Of a stretch of 64,000 bases of DNA, positions 9,009-17,885 are shown one piece after another. The position numbers were made by a program, and so were the translations under genes. The DNA lies in the NCBI GenBank assembly GCA_965206595.1, contig OZ242214.1:6989162-7053161 (forward strand), read 5' to 3'. A model generated the notes under the pieces. It was given only the letters and a program-made list of their open reading frames with translations. It did no database searches and was not told the DNA's origin. How positions within the stretch are numbered: the stretch's first letter is position 1; each line of letters starts with the position of its first letter. Source of the stretch: Candidatus Latescibacterota bacterium. Its GTDB lineage: Bacteria; Latescibacterota; UBA2968; UBA8231.

Positions 9009-10670
9009 TCACTCTTCCCCTTTGCGAATCTGCAAGCTCGCCGCTACCTGCCTTATACGTTCGTCGCGCCATTCGACCCCGCTCCGGTAGCGGTGGCGCA
9101 GCCCCTCGACGTACTTCTCGAACGCCTTCCTGTTCCTGGCCTGCCTGACCTGGTGCCGCAGAATCGGGGTCAGTTCCTCGAACGCGCGCGGCCTCCGGGG
9201 CAGCCGCTCTTCGACGCGCACGACCGCGAACCCGCCTTCGATTTCAAGCGGACCCAGCAGCGCTCCCTCTGGCGCTTCCCGGACGAGATCGAAGAGCCGT
9301 TCCCGTTTTTCCCCTTCCCCGTCTTTCAGGTGTAAATGCCCGCCGGTTCCGTCGGCCCCCGGACGGATGCTGTGGTCCCGGGCCAGCTTCTCCATGTCCG
9401 CGCCCGACTCGATCCGCCGCCGCAGCGCGGCCGCGGCGGCCCGTGACTCGACGAAGATCTCTACCGCCTCCACCGACGCCGGCAGCATGAACTCTCCCTT
9501 GACTTCCTCGTACCGGTGACGCAGCTCCTCCTCCGTGGGGGCGCCGACCTGATCGATAACCTCCCGGCGCCGCAGCCGATCGAGGAGCAGCCTCTTCAGC
9601 TCCCGCTCCATCGCCGACGCGAACTCATCGGTTTCGTGAAGGACGCGGCGCTCCGCTTCCAGCACCGCCAGGGTGTCGGCCATCACCCAGTGGCGGAGAG
9701 CCCAGGCGACTGAGGCGCTGTCCTTCAGGGCAGGGGGTTTCATCCCCCTTCTAACCAGGATTCGTCCGGCCTCCTGCGCGGAGATCTTTCTGTCGCCCGC
9801 CCAGGCAAGGGCGGGGTCGTCCTGGTGTGCCTCGGTCCCGGGATCCCGCTGCGCCGCCCCAACCATGGCGACCACCGCTTCGGGCCGGTAGGCGACCTCG
9901 AATTTGCGTGCCAGCGTGTCGAAAAAGGCCTCGCGGAGGGTTGCGGCTTTGCGGCGCTTCAGGGCCGCGGCGACCGCCGGCCCAGCCTCCTCGATGGGGA
10001 CCGGGACGGCATCGAGAACCTTGAGCAGCTCGAAACCGCTTCCCGCGGGCAGCGGTCCGGCGACTTCGCCCGGGGACACCCCGCGCACCGCCATCCAGAG
10101 CTCACGCGGCAGCTCGCCGGCCCCGAGATAGCCGCCCAGGTCCCCGCCCCGTTCGGCGTCGGGCGCGGCCGAGCGCCTCCTGGCCAGCTCGGCGAAGTCC
10201 GCCCCCTCCTTCAGGGCGCGGCCGACCTCTTCCGCTTCCGCCTTCGTAGCGCAGGAGATATGGGCGATCCGCACCTTCGCGTCCCATCCGTCCCGCCGGT
10301 ACGCCGCCTCGATCTCCTCCTCTCCGACGGAGACGGAATCACCCAGGGCCTCGGCGAGGACCCGATCCCTGAGCCGCTTCACGTAGGTTTTGCGGAGCGG
10401 CCTGACGATCTCGGGTCTTTCAGGGTATCCGAGGGCCCTCGCCTCGGCGAGCATCAGCTCGCGGTCGACGAGACTCTGGAGCATATCGCGGACCGTCCCC
10501 TCCCGCGATTCGGACGCGGCCGGATCCGGCCTCAGGCCGTCCGGCAGCCTCGACACATACTCGGCAAGCTCCCCTTCCCGGATGGGGACGTCCAGCACCC
10601 GCACGAGGGGTTCGTCGGCGGGCACGCCGCAGCCGATCAGGAGGAGGAGCGCCGGCGCCGCCCGGTTCAC
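9009..10670 (-). CDS. Parvulin (PpiC/SurA-like) peptidyl-prolyl isomerase, two rotamase domains, probable lipoprotein
   Basis: GTG overlaps upstream TGA; lipobox-like LLLIGC; GADFAELARRRS..GGDLG and GADMEKLARDHS..GGHL. Confidence 0.85.
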   Translation of the reverse strand: MNRAAPALLLLIGCGVPADEPLVRVLDVPIREGELAEYVSRLPDGLRPDPAASESREGTVRDMLQSLVDRELMLAEARALGYPERPEIVRPLRKTYVKRLRDRVLAEALGDSVSVGEEEIEAAYRRDGWDAKVRIAHISCATKAEAEEVGRALKEGADFAELARRRSAAPDAERGGDLGGYLGAGELPRELWMAVRGVSPGEVAGPLPAGSGFELLKVLDAVPVPIEEAGPAVAAALKRRKAATLREAFFDTLARKFEVAYRPEAVVAMVGAAQRDPGTEAHQDDPALAWAGDRKISAQEAGRILVRRGMKPPALKDSASVAWALRHWVMADTLAVLEAERRVLHETDEFASAMERELKRLLLDRLRRREVIDQVGAPTEEELRHRYEEVKGEFMLPASVEAVEIFVESRAAAAALRRRIESGADMEKLARDHSIRPGADGTGGHLHLKDGEGEKRERLFDLVREAPEGALLGPLEIEGGFAVVRVEERLPRRPRAFEELTPILRHQVRQARNRKAFEKYVEGLRHRYRSGVEWRDERIRQVAASLQIRKGEE

Positions 10671-13309
10671 AGCTGAACTCCTGCGTAGATGGTGATGAAG
10701 CTTCGCGTCGTCACCTCCGGCCTCAGACCCTCCGGGTCCGTGCGCACCAGCTCGAAACCGAAGGTCGTCATCAGGTCGTACCCCATGTACGCGGAGGCGT
10801 TGCGCAGCTGTACCGCGGTCGTCAGCCCGGTCGAGCTGTCCTCGCTGTCGGGCGGAGGCGGGTCCCGCAGCTGCCTGAAGATCTCGTACTCCATCCCCAG
10901 CTCGACGAAGCTCTTCCGCATCACCGGAAAGCGCAGCATCGCCATGAACAGCTCGGTCAGCTCGCGGCGCTTGAATTCGTCGGCGAACACCGGCACCTGG
11001 CGCCGGTACTCGCTCTTCCAGCGCGGCACCAGGGTCCACTTGCCGAGCTCGAGGGTGTACTCCGCCTTGTTGATAATGCCCAGGAAGGAGCCGTCCCGGC
11101 GCGTCCCGTGCCGGCGCAGCTCGAGGTCCTCGTCGAGCTGGTGGTAGCGCTGCCATTTGAGCTTGTGGGTCAGACTGATCCCGGCCGGAACCCGGTGATG
11201 CAGCCCCAGCCAGGTGGTGTTGATCCAAGTGTTCCTCGCCGGCCTCCGGTCCTCGACCAGCTGCAGCGCCCCGCGGGTGCCCGCGGGCTGGCGCCACTGC
11301 AGGAGATCGTCGGCGATCGTGTCCCTGACCCGGCGAAAATCCTGGAAAACCAGGAGGCGGCCCCAGCGCGGGTGGTCGCGCTCGCCGACCAGGGTGACGT
11401 AGGACGCCTCGGTGACGCGGTCGTCGGTCTGCTGGTCCATCTGCAGGCGCCCCACCATGAGGCGGGAGTCCGGGCCGAGGTTGGCGCCGCCGAACAGGTT
11501 GAAACCCTCCCGGTCCCGCTTGTACGGGTAGTCCGGCTCCTCGTCGTTCTCGAAGCGGTCTACGACGGCGTTGTGGTTCATGTCGACGCCGTAGAGGAAC
11601 TCCGGCCGGTCGGCGTGGAAACGCAGGAACGGCTCCTCGTAGTCGGGGATCAGGTTGGGGCGGTCCTCGTTGTCGTTCTGGTTGAAATCGGAGATGAAAT
11701 CGTTGTTCTCGTCCCAGCCGGGGAACACCTCGTCGTCGCCGGCCCCCCAGCCCTTGCGCCGCCAGTCCGGCCGCTGGTCCTGGTCGTCGTTGTCCTCGAC
11801 CATCTCGTAGAGCTCGAAATCGTTCCCGAAGTCGAGCACCCCGGTCTCGTTCGAGGTGACAAACGAGGTCGAGTAGCGCGGCGAAACGCTGAACAGCTCG
11901 ACGAAACCGAACCAGGGAAGGGCCGTCTTCGACAGGTTGGCCATCCAGGCCAGCGCCTGGCTGCTCGCGGAGTGGTGGCTCTTCAGTCCGGGGTTGGGGT
12001 ACTGGCGGAACTGGTGGTTGACGTCGATCTCGGCGTACCCCTTGAACCCGTGCAGTTCGGCGACCTCGAGGGTGAACCCGGCGATCTGGTTGGCCGTCGG
12101 CAGGCCGTAGTCGAGCGCCAGCACGCGCTGGTTGGAGCCGTCCTTGACGTTGCCCGAGGCCTGCGCCGCCGGCAGGAAGACCCGCTGGTCCCTGCCGTTG
12201 TACTGGCGGTCGGAAGACATCTCGACCAGGTAGTCGTTGGCGACCACCAGTTCCACCTGGACCTGCTCGATGTCGGTGGTGCTCGGACCGATGTAGCTGA
12301 CGTCGGTGAAGTCGTAGCGCAGCTGGATCTCCTCGGTGCCGTCGGCGGAGAGATAGCCGCGGCGCTCGAAGCCGCCGTCGACGAAGGGACGGAACCCGAT
12401 CTCGCTGCCGCGCACCTCGTTCCCCTCTACGTCGCGGATGAGGATGTCGCTGGAGAAGAAGGCGCCGCCCCCTTCGTTGTCCCCGGGTGAGTCGTCCTTG
12501 ATCGCCACGGCGATCTCCGTCACCGCGGCGAAGTTCATCGCCTCGGTCAGCTGCCCCTGGAAGATGTCGCCGTTGACCGCCTCGAGCTGGGACTGCGAGT
12601 GGTGGGTGTTTACATAGGTGCCGCCGATGCGGGCGAAGTCGCCGACCTGGGCGACCACCCTTCCCCCGAAGAGGTTGGTGTTGTTGGTCCGCGCCTCCCC
12701 GGCGAACCCGGACGAGTTGGGGGCGCTCACCCGCGACATCAGCACCGTAGCCTCGTACTTGTCGGAGGAGAAATCCCACTGGACGCCGTTGAACAGCGGC
12801 TTGGAGAAGGTCATCGGCGTCAGGGTGGTGCGGATCCGGCTGCCCACGGTGATCGCGTAGTGGTACTGCCCCTTGTGGTCGGCGGCGACGACGAGGTTGT
12901 TGAACCAGGCATTGAACTGGCCCGTCTTCTCGAGGGTGCTGCCGAAAGGCTGCGGGTTCCGCTGCCGCCAGTCGTAGATCAGCCAGCCCCGCGTCAGGTA
13001 GTTCCCGTATACGTCGTAGAAATACTCCCCCTCGAGGGCGGTTCTGACGTAGCGCTGGTACTGGCGCCTCGAGTAGTTCGAGTACTCCCGCTGGCGCCAC
13101 TGGTACTCGATGTAGAGCTCCTGGGGCACGTACCACTTGTGCACCGCCGGATCGAGGGCGTCGGTGAGAATCCCCGGGCCGGTCGGCTCGAAGGTCACCC
13201 GTCCCCCTCGCGTCACCGTTCCCAGGCGGGCGCCGAACTCCTGGGCTTCGAGGGCGGTTGCGGCCAGCAGCAGGGCGGCCGCGATAGTGAGAATCGGAGG
13301 TGTCATCAC
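10667..13309 (-). CDS. Secreted ~880-aa hypothetical protein, predicted outer-membrane beta-barrel with Asp/Asn-rich insert
   Basis: Signal peptide; amphipathic aromatic strands; C-terminus SFITIYAGVQL; paralog of 15210-17885. Confidence 0.75.
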   Translation of the reverse strand: MMTPPILTIAAALLLAATALEAQEFGARLGTVTRGGRVTFEPTGPGILTDALDPAVHKWYVPQELYIEYQWRQREYSNYSRRQYQRYVRTALEGEYFYDVYGNYLTRGWLIYDWRQRNPQPFGSTLEKTGQFNAWFNNLVVAADHKGQYHYAITVGSRIRTTLTPMTFSKPLFNGVQWDFSSDKYEATVLMSRVSAPNSSGFAGEARTNNTNLFGGRVVAQVGDFARIGGTYVNTHHSQSQLEAVNGDIFQGQLTEAMNFAAVTEIAVAIKDDSPGDNEGGGAFFSSDILIRDVEGNEVRGSEIGFRPFVDGGFERRGYLSADGTEEIQLRYDFTDVSYIGPSTTDIEQVQVELVVANDYLVEMSSDRQYNGRDQRVFLPAAQASGNVKDGSNQRVLALDYGLPTANQIAGFTLEVAELHGFKGYAEIDVNHQFRQYPNPGLKSHHSASSQALAWMANLSKTALPWFGFVELFSVSPRYSTSFVTSNETGVLDFGNDFELYEMVEDNDDQDQRPDWRRKGWGAGDDEVFPGWDENNDFISDFNQNDNEDRPNLIPDYEEPFLRFHADRPEFLYGVDMNHNAVVDRFENDEEPDYPYKRDREGFNLFGGANLGPDSRLMVGRLQMDQQTDDRVTEASYVTLVGERDHPRWGRLLVFQDFRRVRDTIADDLLQWRQPAGTRGALQLVEDRRPARNTWINTTWLGLHHRVPAGISLTHKLKWQRYHQLDEDLELRRHGTRRDGSFLGIINKAEYTLELGKWTLVPRWKSEYRRQVPVFADEFKRRELTELFMAMLRFPVMRKSFVELGMEYEIFRQLRDPPPPDSEDSSTGLTTAVQLRNASAYMGYDLMTTFGFELVRTDPEGLRPEVTTRSFITIYAGVQL

Positions 13310-15210
13310 CAGGCCACCGCCAGGACGCCGGAGTGGGTCTCCTCGAATGCATCCGCGGCGACCCGGAGCACCCAGACGTAGGTCCCGGGAAGCGCCCTGC
13401 GGCCCTCGGCCGTGCGCCCGTCCCAGGTGAAGGCGGCCGGCCCCAGGCCCCGCTCCGCCTGCAGCGAGGCGATGGAGCGGCCAGACAGATCGTACAGCTC
13501 CAGGGATACCGGCACCGCCCGGACCACCTGCAGCAGGTTGAAACGGACCCGCAGCTCGTCGTTGGCGCCGTCCCCGTTCGGGGTGACGACGCGGCTGTCG
13601 AGGGCGATCTCCCCGACCAGCCGGCCGATCTGATCCTTGGGGATCTCGACGGTGAGGTTGGACAGCTCGTCGACGTCGTCCGGCCCGAAGTCGACGGCGT
13701 TGCCCGGCTCGAGCCGCTGCGGCACGGTAGGGAAGCGGCTGTCGAACACCCTCCCTGTGAAGGTCGTGCCGAAGCGGAAGATCGGGATGTCGAAGGTCAG
13801 CTCGAGGACGGAGCCGTCGCGGTCGATCCTCGGCAGGCTGATGCGGAAGCCGTCCCGGGTCGAGGACTCGATCTCGAACTCGACCGGGACGCCGTCGACC
13901 TGGACGTTGCCGATCCCCTCGACCGGGGCGTTGCTGTCGATCTCGAGGCGGTCGTACCCGTGGATCTCGCCCCCGCGGCGCAGGAGCACGGCGTAGCGGA
14001 AGGTCGCCGGCTCCTCCGCCCTGGCCAGCCGCGGGTACACCTCGGCGCGCAGGGTGTCGGCGATCGGAGGCTGCAGGTAGTCGAACTCGATCCTCTCGAG
14101 GAGCCGCGTGTCGAAGAGGCCGCCGGCGAACTCCATGCGGAAGCGGAGGAATCGCCGCGGCGCCGGCGCCGGGTTGAGGCCGCGGTTCTCCACCGTCTTC
14201 CAGGGGCTCCAGTTTTCCAGGTCTTCCTGGAGCGTCACCTGCTCGGACCGGGGCAGGGCCCAGTACTCCTCTCCCGTCACCTCGTCGAGGCGGACGAACA
14301 TAAACTCCTGAATCCGCTGCAGGAACAGGATCGGCGTATCGTCGAGGCCGGAGCGCATGCCGACGGTCAGGTTGGAGAAGAGCTCCTCCCCCACGACCTG
14401 CTCGCGCCAGCGGATCGACCCGATGGTAGCCGGCGCCCCCAGGTCGATCAGGTCCGACAGGAAGGTGCCCCGGGGCAGGTACCCGGACCCGTACACCTCG
14501 ATCTCGTCGACCTCGAACGGCAGCTCGGTCAGGGAACGCAGCTTGATGAGGCGGACGTACTGCGGGGTCAGCGGCACGTCGACCACCGGCTCCTCGTTGT
14601 CGTGCTCCCGCACCGCGAGGCGGTCGGGGGCTCCCTCGATCGTGCTGGTCAGCTGCTCGTTCAGCCAGACCTCGTAGCCGCGCAGGAAGTCGTTGTGGAA
14701 GGGATGGTCGGGACTGGCGGCCACGGTGTTGCGCGGGTAGAAGCGGATGCGCTCGACCCCGACCCGCTGACCGAAGTCGAGGATGATCCAGATGCCGAAC
14801 GCCGGCACCACCGGGTTGAACGGCACCGGCTTGCGCTCGAAGGCGACCTCGTGATCGCCGTTGACCGTGCCCTCGAGCTGCGTTCGGCGCAGCACCGTCG
14901 CCGAGGTCGAGGAGTTGGGCGCCGTGATCGAGCCCTCCCCCTCGAGCACCAGCGCTGCGATGTTACGGCTGCCGTCGAAGAAAGTCGGGCTGACCCAGCC
15001 GCGCCGGGCAGCGAACTCGATGTCGTTGTCCGGGGTGTTGGTCGTGTCGAGGGTGGGGCTGAAGCGGCTGCCGGCAAGGATCACCGGATCGGTGCCGTCG
15101 CCGCCTCCCTCCCAGGGATGCTCGCTGCCCCCGAGAACGAAGGTCCGCATCTCTGCGGCCGCCGCGGACAGCGCCAGCAGAACCAGGGCGGCCGCCAGGG
15201 TCGGCGCCAT
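13306..15210 (-). CDS. Secreted protein with discoidin/F5-8C-like domain and C-terminal TPNGDG + FlgD-Ig domain
   Basis: MAPTLAAALVLLALSAAAA; ILDFGQRVGVERIRFYPR...EVDEIEVYG; VTPNGDGANDE...WDGRTAEGRRALPGTYVW. Confidence 0.8.
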   Translation of the reverse strand: MAPTLAAALVLLALSAAAAEMRTFVLGGSEHPWEGGGDGTDPVILAGSRFSPTLDTTNTPDNDIEFAARRGWVSPTFFDGSRNIAALVLEGEGSITAPNSSTSATVLRRTQLEGTVNGDHEVAFERKPVPFNPVVPAFGIWIILDFGQRVGVERIRFYPRNTVAASPDHPFHNDFLRGYEVWLNEQLTSTIEGAPDRLAVREHDNEEPVVDVPLTPQYVRLIKLRSLTELPFEVDEIEVYGSGYLPRGTFLSDLIDLGAPATIGSIRWREQVVGEELFSNLTVGMRSGLDDTPILFLQRIQEFMFVRLDEVTGEEYWALPRSEQVTLQEDLENWSPWKTVENRGLNPAPAPRRFLRFRMEFAGGLFDTRLLERIEFDYLQPPIADTLRAEVYPRLARAEEPATFRYAVLLRRGGEIHGYDRLEIDSNAPVEGIGNVQVDGVPVEFEIESSTRDGFRISLPRIDRDGSVLELTFDIPIFRFGTTFTGRVFDSRFPTVPQRLEPGNAVDFGPDDVDELSNLTVEIPKDQIGRLVGEIALDSRVVTPNGDGANDELRVRFNLLQVVRAVPVSLELYDLSGRSIASLQAERGLGPAAFTWDGRTAEGRRALPGTYVWVLRVAADAFEETHSGVLAVAW

Positions 15211-17885
15211 CACTCCAGCCCCGCGTTCACGGTGAAGAACATCAGGTTCGCCCGCTCGCGGCGCCCGAACTCGAAGGCCCGCCGCGTCCACTGCATTCCG
15301 GTGCGCGTGACGATCCGGTACCCCTGGTAGGCGACCTGATTGGTCAGCTGCACGACCACCGTCCAGGAGCGCAGGTCCTGGTCGATTTCCGCCCGCCTCC
15401 CCTTCAGCATCCACAGCTTCGACAGCTCGAGGCCGACCCGCAGCTCGGTGTCGAAGATCTGCCTGCCGTATCTGGCGAAGTACGAGGCCCGCGTCTGCTC
15501 GGCCAGCAGCGGCTGCGACCAGGTCAGGAAAACCGTCTCCTCGACGCTGGCCGCCTTCTCCCGGCGGCTCCGGTAGGGGCGGTCGAAGCGCACCTCGCTC
15601 TTCCAGCGCGGCTGGAAGAACCCGAGGCCGACCGGCAGCGACCACTCCGCCTTGTCGATGAGGCCGACGAACCCGGACCGCTTGCGCGCCAGCCTGCGCG
15701 CCACGGTCTCGTCGCCGTCGCGCTGGAGGGCGATGTCCCACTTGAAGCGGTGCAGCAGGCGCAGGTCCTCGACGAGGCGGTGGCTGAGGTCGGCGTAGAA
15801 GGAGTTCTTCCAGGTGTTGCGCGCCGCCAGCGGGTCCTCGAGGTCGCGCATGCGCCCGATGGCGCCGACCGGCTGCACCCACTGCTGCAGGTCGTCGGGG
15901 ACGTCGTCCCTGACCAGGGCGCCGAAGTCGAAGACCCGCACCTTCCCGAACCCGGACAGCTCCCGCTTCCAGGCCGCCATCCCGTACACCGCCCGGGTGT
16001 GCCCGTCGCCGGAGATCAGGCCGCTGTTCTGGCGGCCGGCGAGGAGACTGCCGCCCCCTCCGGCCTGCACTTTCAGGTAGAGGTTGTAGCCGCGCTGATC
16101 CCTTCGGTACGGATAGTCCGGGAGGCGGTCGTTCTCGAACCGGTCGATGGTGCCGTTGTGGTTCATGTCGGTGCCGAAGAGGAACTCCGGGCGGTCCGAG
16201 CGGTAGCGCAGGAACGGCTCGTCGTAGTCGGGGAACAGGTTGAGGTTCTGGTTGTGGTCGTGGATGAAGTCGCCGTTCTCGTCGTACCCCGGCCAGGCGA
16301 CTTCCCGCGTCGAGGGCTGGAACGGCCGCTCCCATTCCGGGACGGCGTTGAAGTCGTCGTCGTCGACGACGAACTCGTAGAGGTCGGCTATGCGCGCCTT
16401 GAAGCGGATGGTGCCGTCCGATTGCGTCAACCAGTAGGCGGTCGCGTAGGCGTCGTCGATGGAGAACAGCTCGGCGTACAGCTTCCACGGGAAGCGCTGG
16501 TACGCGGCCTGGGCGTAGCCGGCGCGGGCGTTGCGGGTCGCGTGGTGCTGGAGCCCCTCCTCGAGGTTGGGGTACTTGCCGTGGCGCCGGTTGAGCACCG
16601 CCTCCCCCTGCAGCGACAGGCCGCCGGCGTCGACGACGTTGAAGTCGACGCCGATCAGCTCGTTCCCGGTCGGCAGCAGGTAGTCGAGCTTCAGCACCCT
16701 GCTGTTGCTGTTGTCGCTGACGTTGCCGCGGGCGCGGGCGACGGTGGTGAAGACCGGCTCGGCGTTGCGGACCTCGCCGTCGGTCTGCAGGTCGGAGGCC
16801 ATCTCGACCCGGTAGTCGTCGGCCACCGCCAGCTCGAAGCTGAGGCGCTGCAGGTCGAGCGACTCCATCCCCTGCTCCTCGCCGAGGGAGGCGAGGTCGT
16901 ACTCGAGCACCGCGGCCTCGCTGCCGTCGGCGGCGATCGCCCCTTCGCGCAGCACCCCGCCCCGTATCGTCGGCACCAGGCCGATGTCGCGGCCCCGGTG
17001 CACGCGCCCCGACTGGTCGACGAGGATGATCTCGTGGCGGAACAGCGCGGCCCCGCCGACACCGTCTTCCGGGGAGTCGTCGCGCAGGCGCACCCACACC
17101 TTCTTCAGCGGCTGGTTCTGCTTGGTCGTCAGCGCCCCGTGCAGCGGGTTGCCGACGTTGAAGTCGACCTGCGTCTGCGCGTTGTGGGCGTTTACATAGG
17201 TAGCCCCCATGGCGACCGCGTCGAGGACGCGGAACGAGGTGTGGCCGCCGAACAGGTGGGTCGAGTTGCTGCGCCGCGCCTGATCCGGGCTGCTGGGCCG
17301 CGAAAGCAGCAGCGACGACTGGTGGCGGTCGGAGGCGATCTCGAGACGCAGGCCGTTGAAGCGGGGCTTGTTGAAGGTGAGCGGCGTCAGGTGGGTGGAG
17401 ATCTGGTCGCCGATCATCAGACGGAACTGGTGGTCCCAGTGCCCGTCCGAGGCGATGACGAGGTTCTGGAAGATGCTGCCGTAGAAATCGGTGGCGGCCG
17501 GGTCGGCCGGCCTCTTGCGCAGGAAGCTGCCGTTGCGCAGCGACTGCCGCTGTTCCCAGGAGTAGACCAGCCAGCCGCGGCCGAGATGGTTGCCGAAGGA
17601 GTCGTACCACTCGTCCCCTTCGAGCTGGCGGTCCAGGTAGCGCTTGTAGAATTGGGTCGAGTAGCCGGTGTCGGTGGCGAACCAGGGATAGCGGTGGTAC
17701 TCCGGCAGGTGGATGGGGACGTAGTTCTTGTGCACCTCGGGAACGACGTCCTCCATGCCGAAGGAGGGAGCGAGCCTGACTGGCAGGGCCGACGGCGTCG
17801 CCCCGGGAACGGCGCCCGGGTACTGGGCCCAGCACAGCTGCGCCGCGGCCCCCGCGACGGCCAGGGATGTCAGCAGCCTTCCCAT
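15210..17885 (-). CDS. Secreted 891-aa hypothetical protein, predicted outer-membrane beta-barrel with Asp/Asn-rich insert
   Basis: Signal peptide; shared blocks with 10667-13309 (LTPxTFxKPxFNG, PGxDENxDFIxDxNQN, DRPEFLxGxDMNHNxxxDRFEND); C-terminus MFFTVNAGLE. Confidence 0.75.
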   Translation of the reverse strand: MGRLLTSLAVAGAAAQLCWAQYPGAVPGATPSALPVRLAPSFGMEDVVPEVHKNYVPIHLPEYHRYPWFATDTGYSTQFYKRYLDRQLEGDEWYDSFGNHLGRGWLVYSWEQRQSLRNGSFLRKRPADPAATDFYGSIFQNLVIASDGHWDHQFRLMIGDQISTHLTPLTFNKPRFNGLRLEIASDRHQSSLLLSRPSSPDQARRSNSTHLFGGHTSFRVLDAVAMGATYVNAHNAQTQVDFNVGNPLHGALTTKQNQPLKKVWVRLRDDSPEDGVGGAALFRHEIILVDQSGRVHRGRDIGLVPTIRGGVLREGAIAADGSEAAVLEYDLASLGEEQGMESLDLQRLSFELAVADDYRVEMASDLQTDGEVRNAEPVFTTVARARGNVSDNSNSRVLKLDYLLPTGNELIGVDFNVVDAGGLSLQGEAVLNRRHGKYPNLEEGLQHHATRNARAGYAQAAYQRFPWKLYAELFSIDDAYATAYWLTQSDGTIRFKARIADLYEFVVDDDDFNAVPEWERPFQPSTREVAWPGYDENGDFIHDHNQNLNLFPDYDEPFLRYRSDRPEFLFGTDMNHNGTIDRFENDRLPDYPYRRDQRGYNLYLKVQAGGGGSLLAGRQNSGLISGDGHTRAVYGMAAWKRELSGFGKVRVFDFGALVRDDVPDDLQQWVQPVGAIGRMRDLEDPLAARNTWKNSFYADLSHRLVEDLRLLHRFKWDIALQRDGDETVARRLARKRSGFVGLIDKAEWSLPVGLGFFQPRWKSEVRFDRPYRSRREKAASVEETVFLTWSQPLLAEQTRASYFARYGRQIFDTELRVGLELSKLWMLKGRRAEIDQDLRSWTVVVQLTNQVAYQGYRIVTRTGMQWTRRAFEFGRRERANLMFFTVNAGLE

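Noticed and set aside
10671-13352. N-terminal ~890 aa of the 1447-aa ORF 9009..13352
   Set aside because: Arg/Pro/Gly-rich off-frame shadow of the real 880-aa gene; the PPIase starts at GTG 10670
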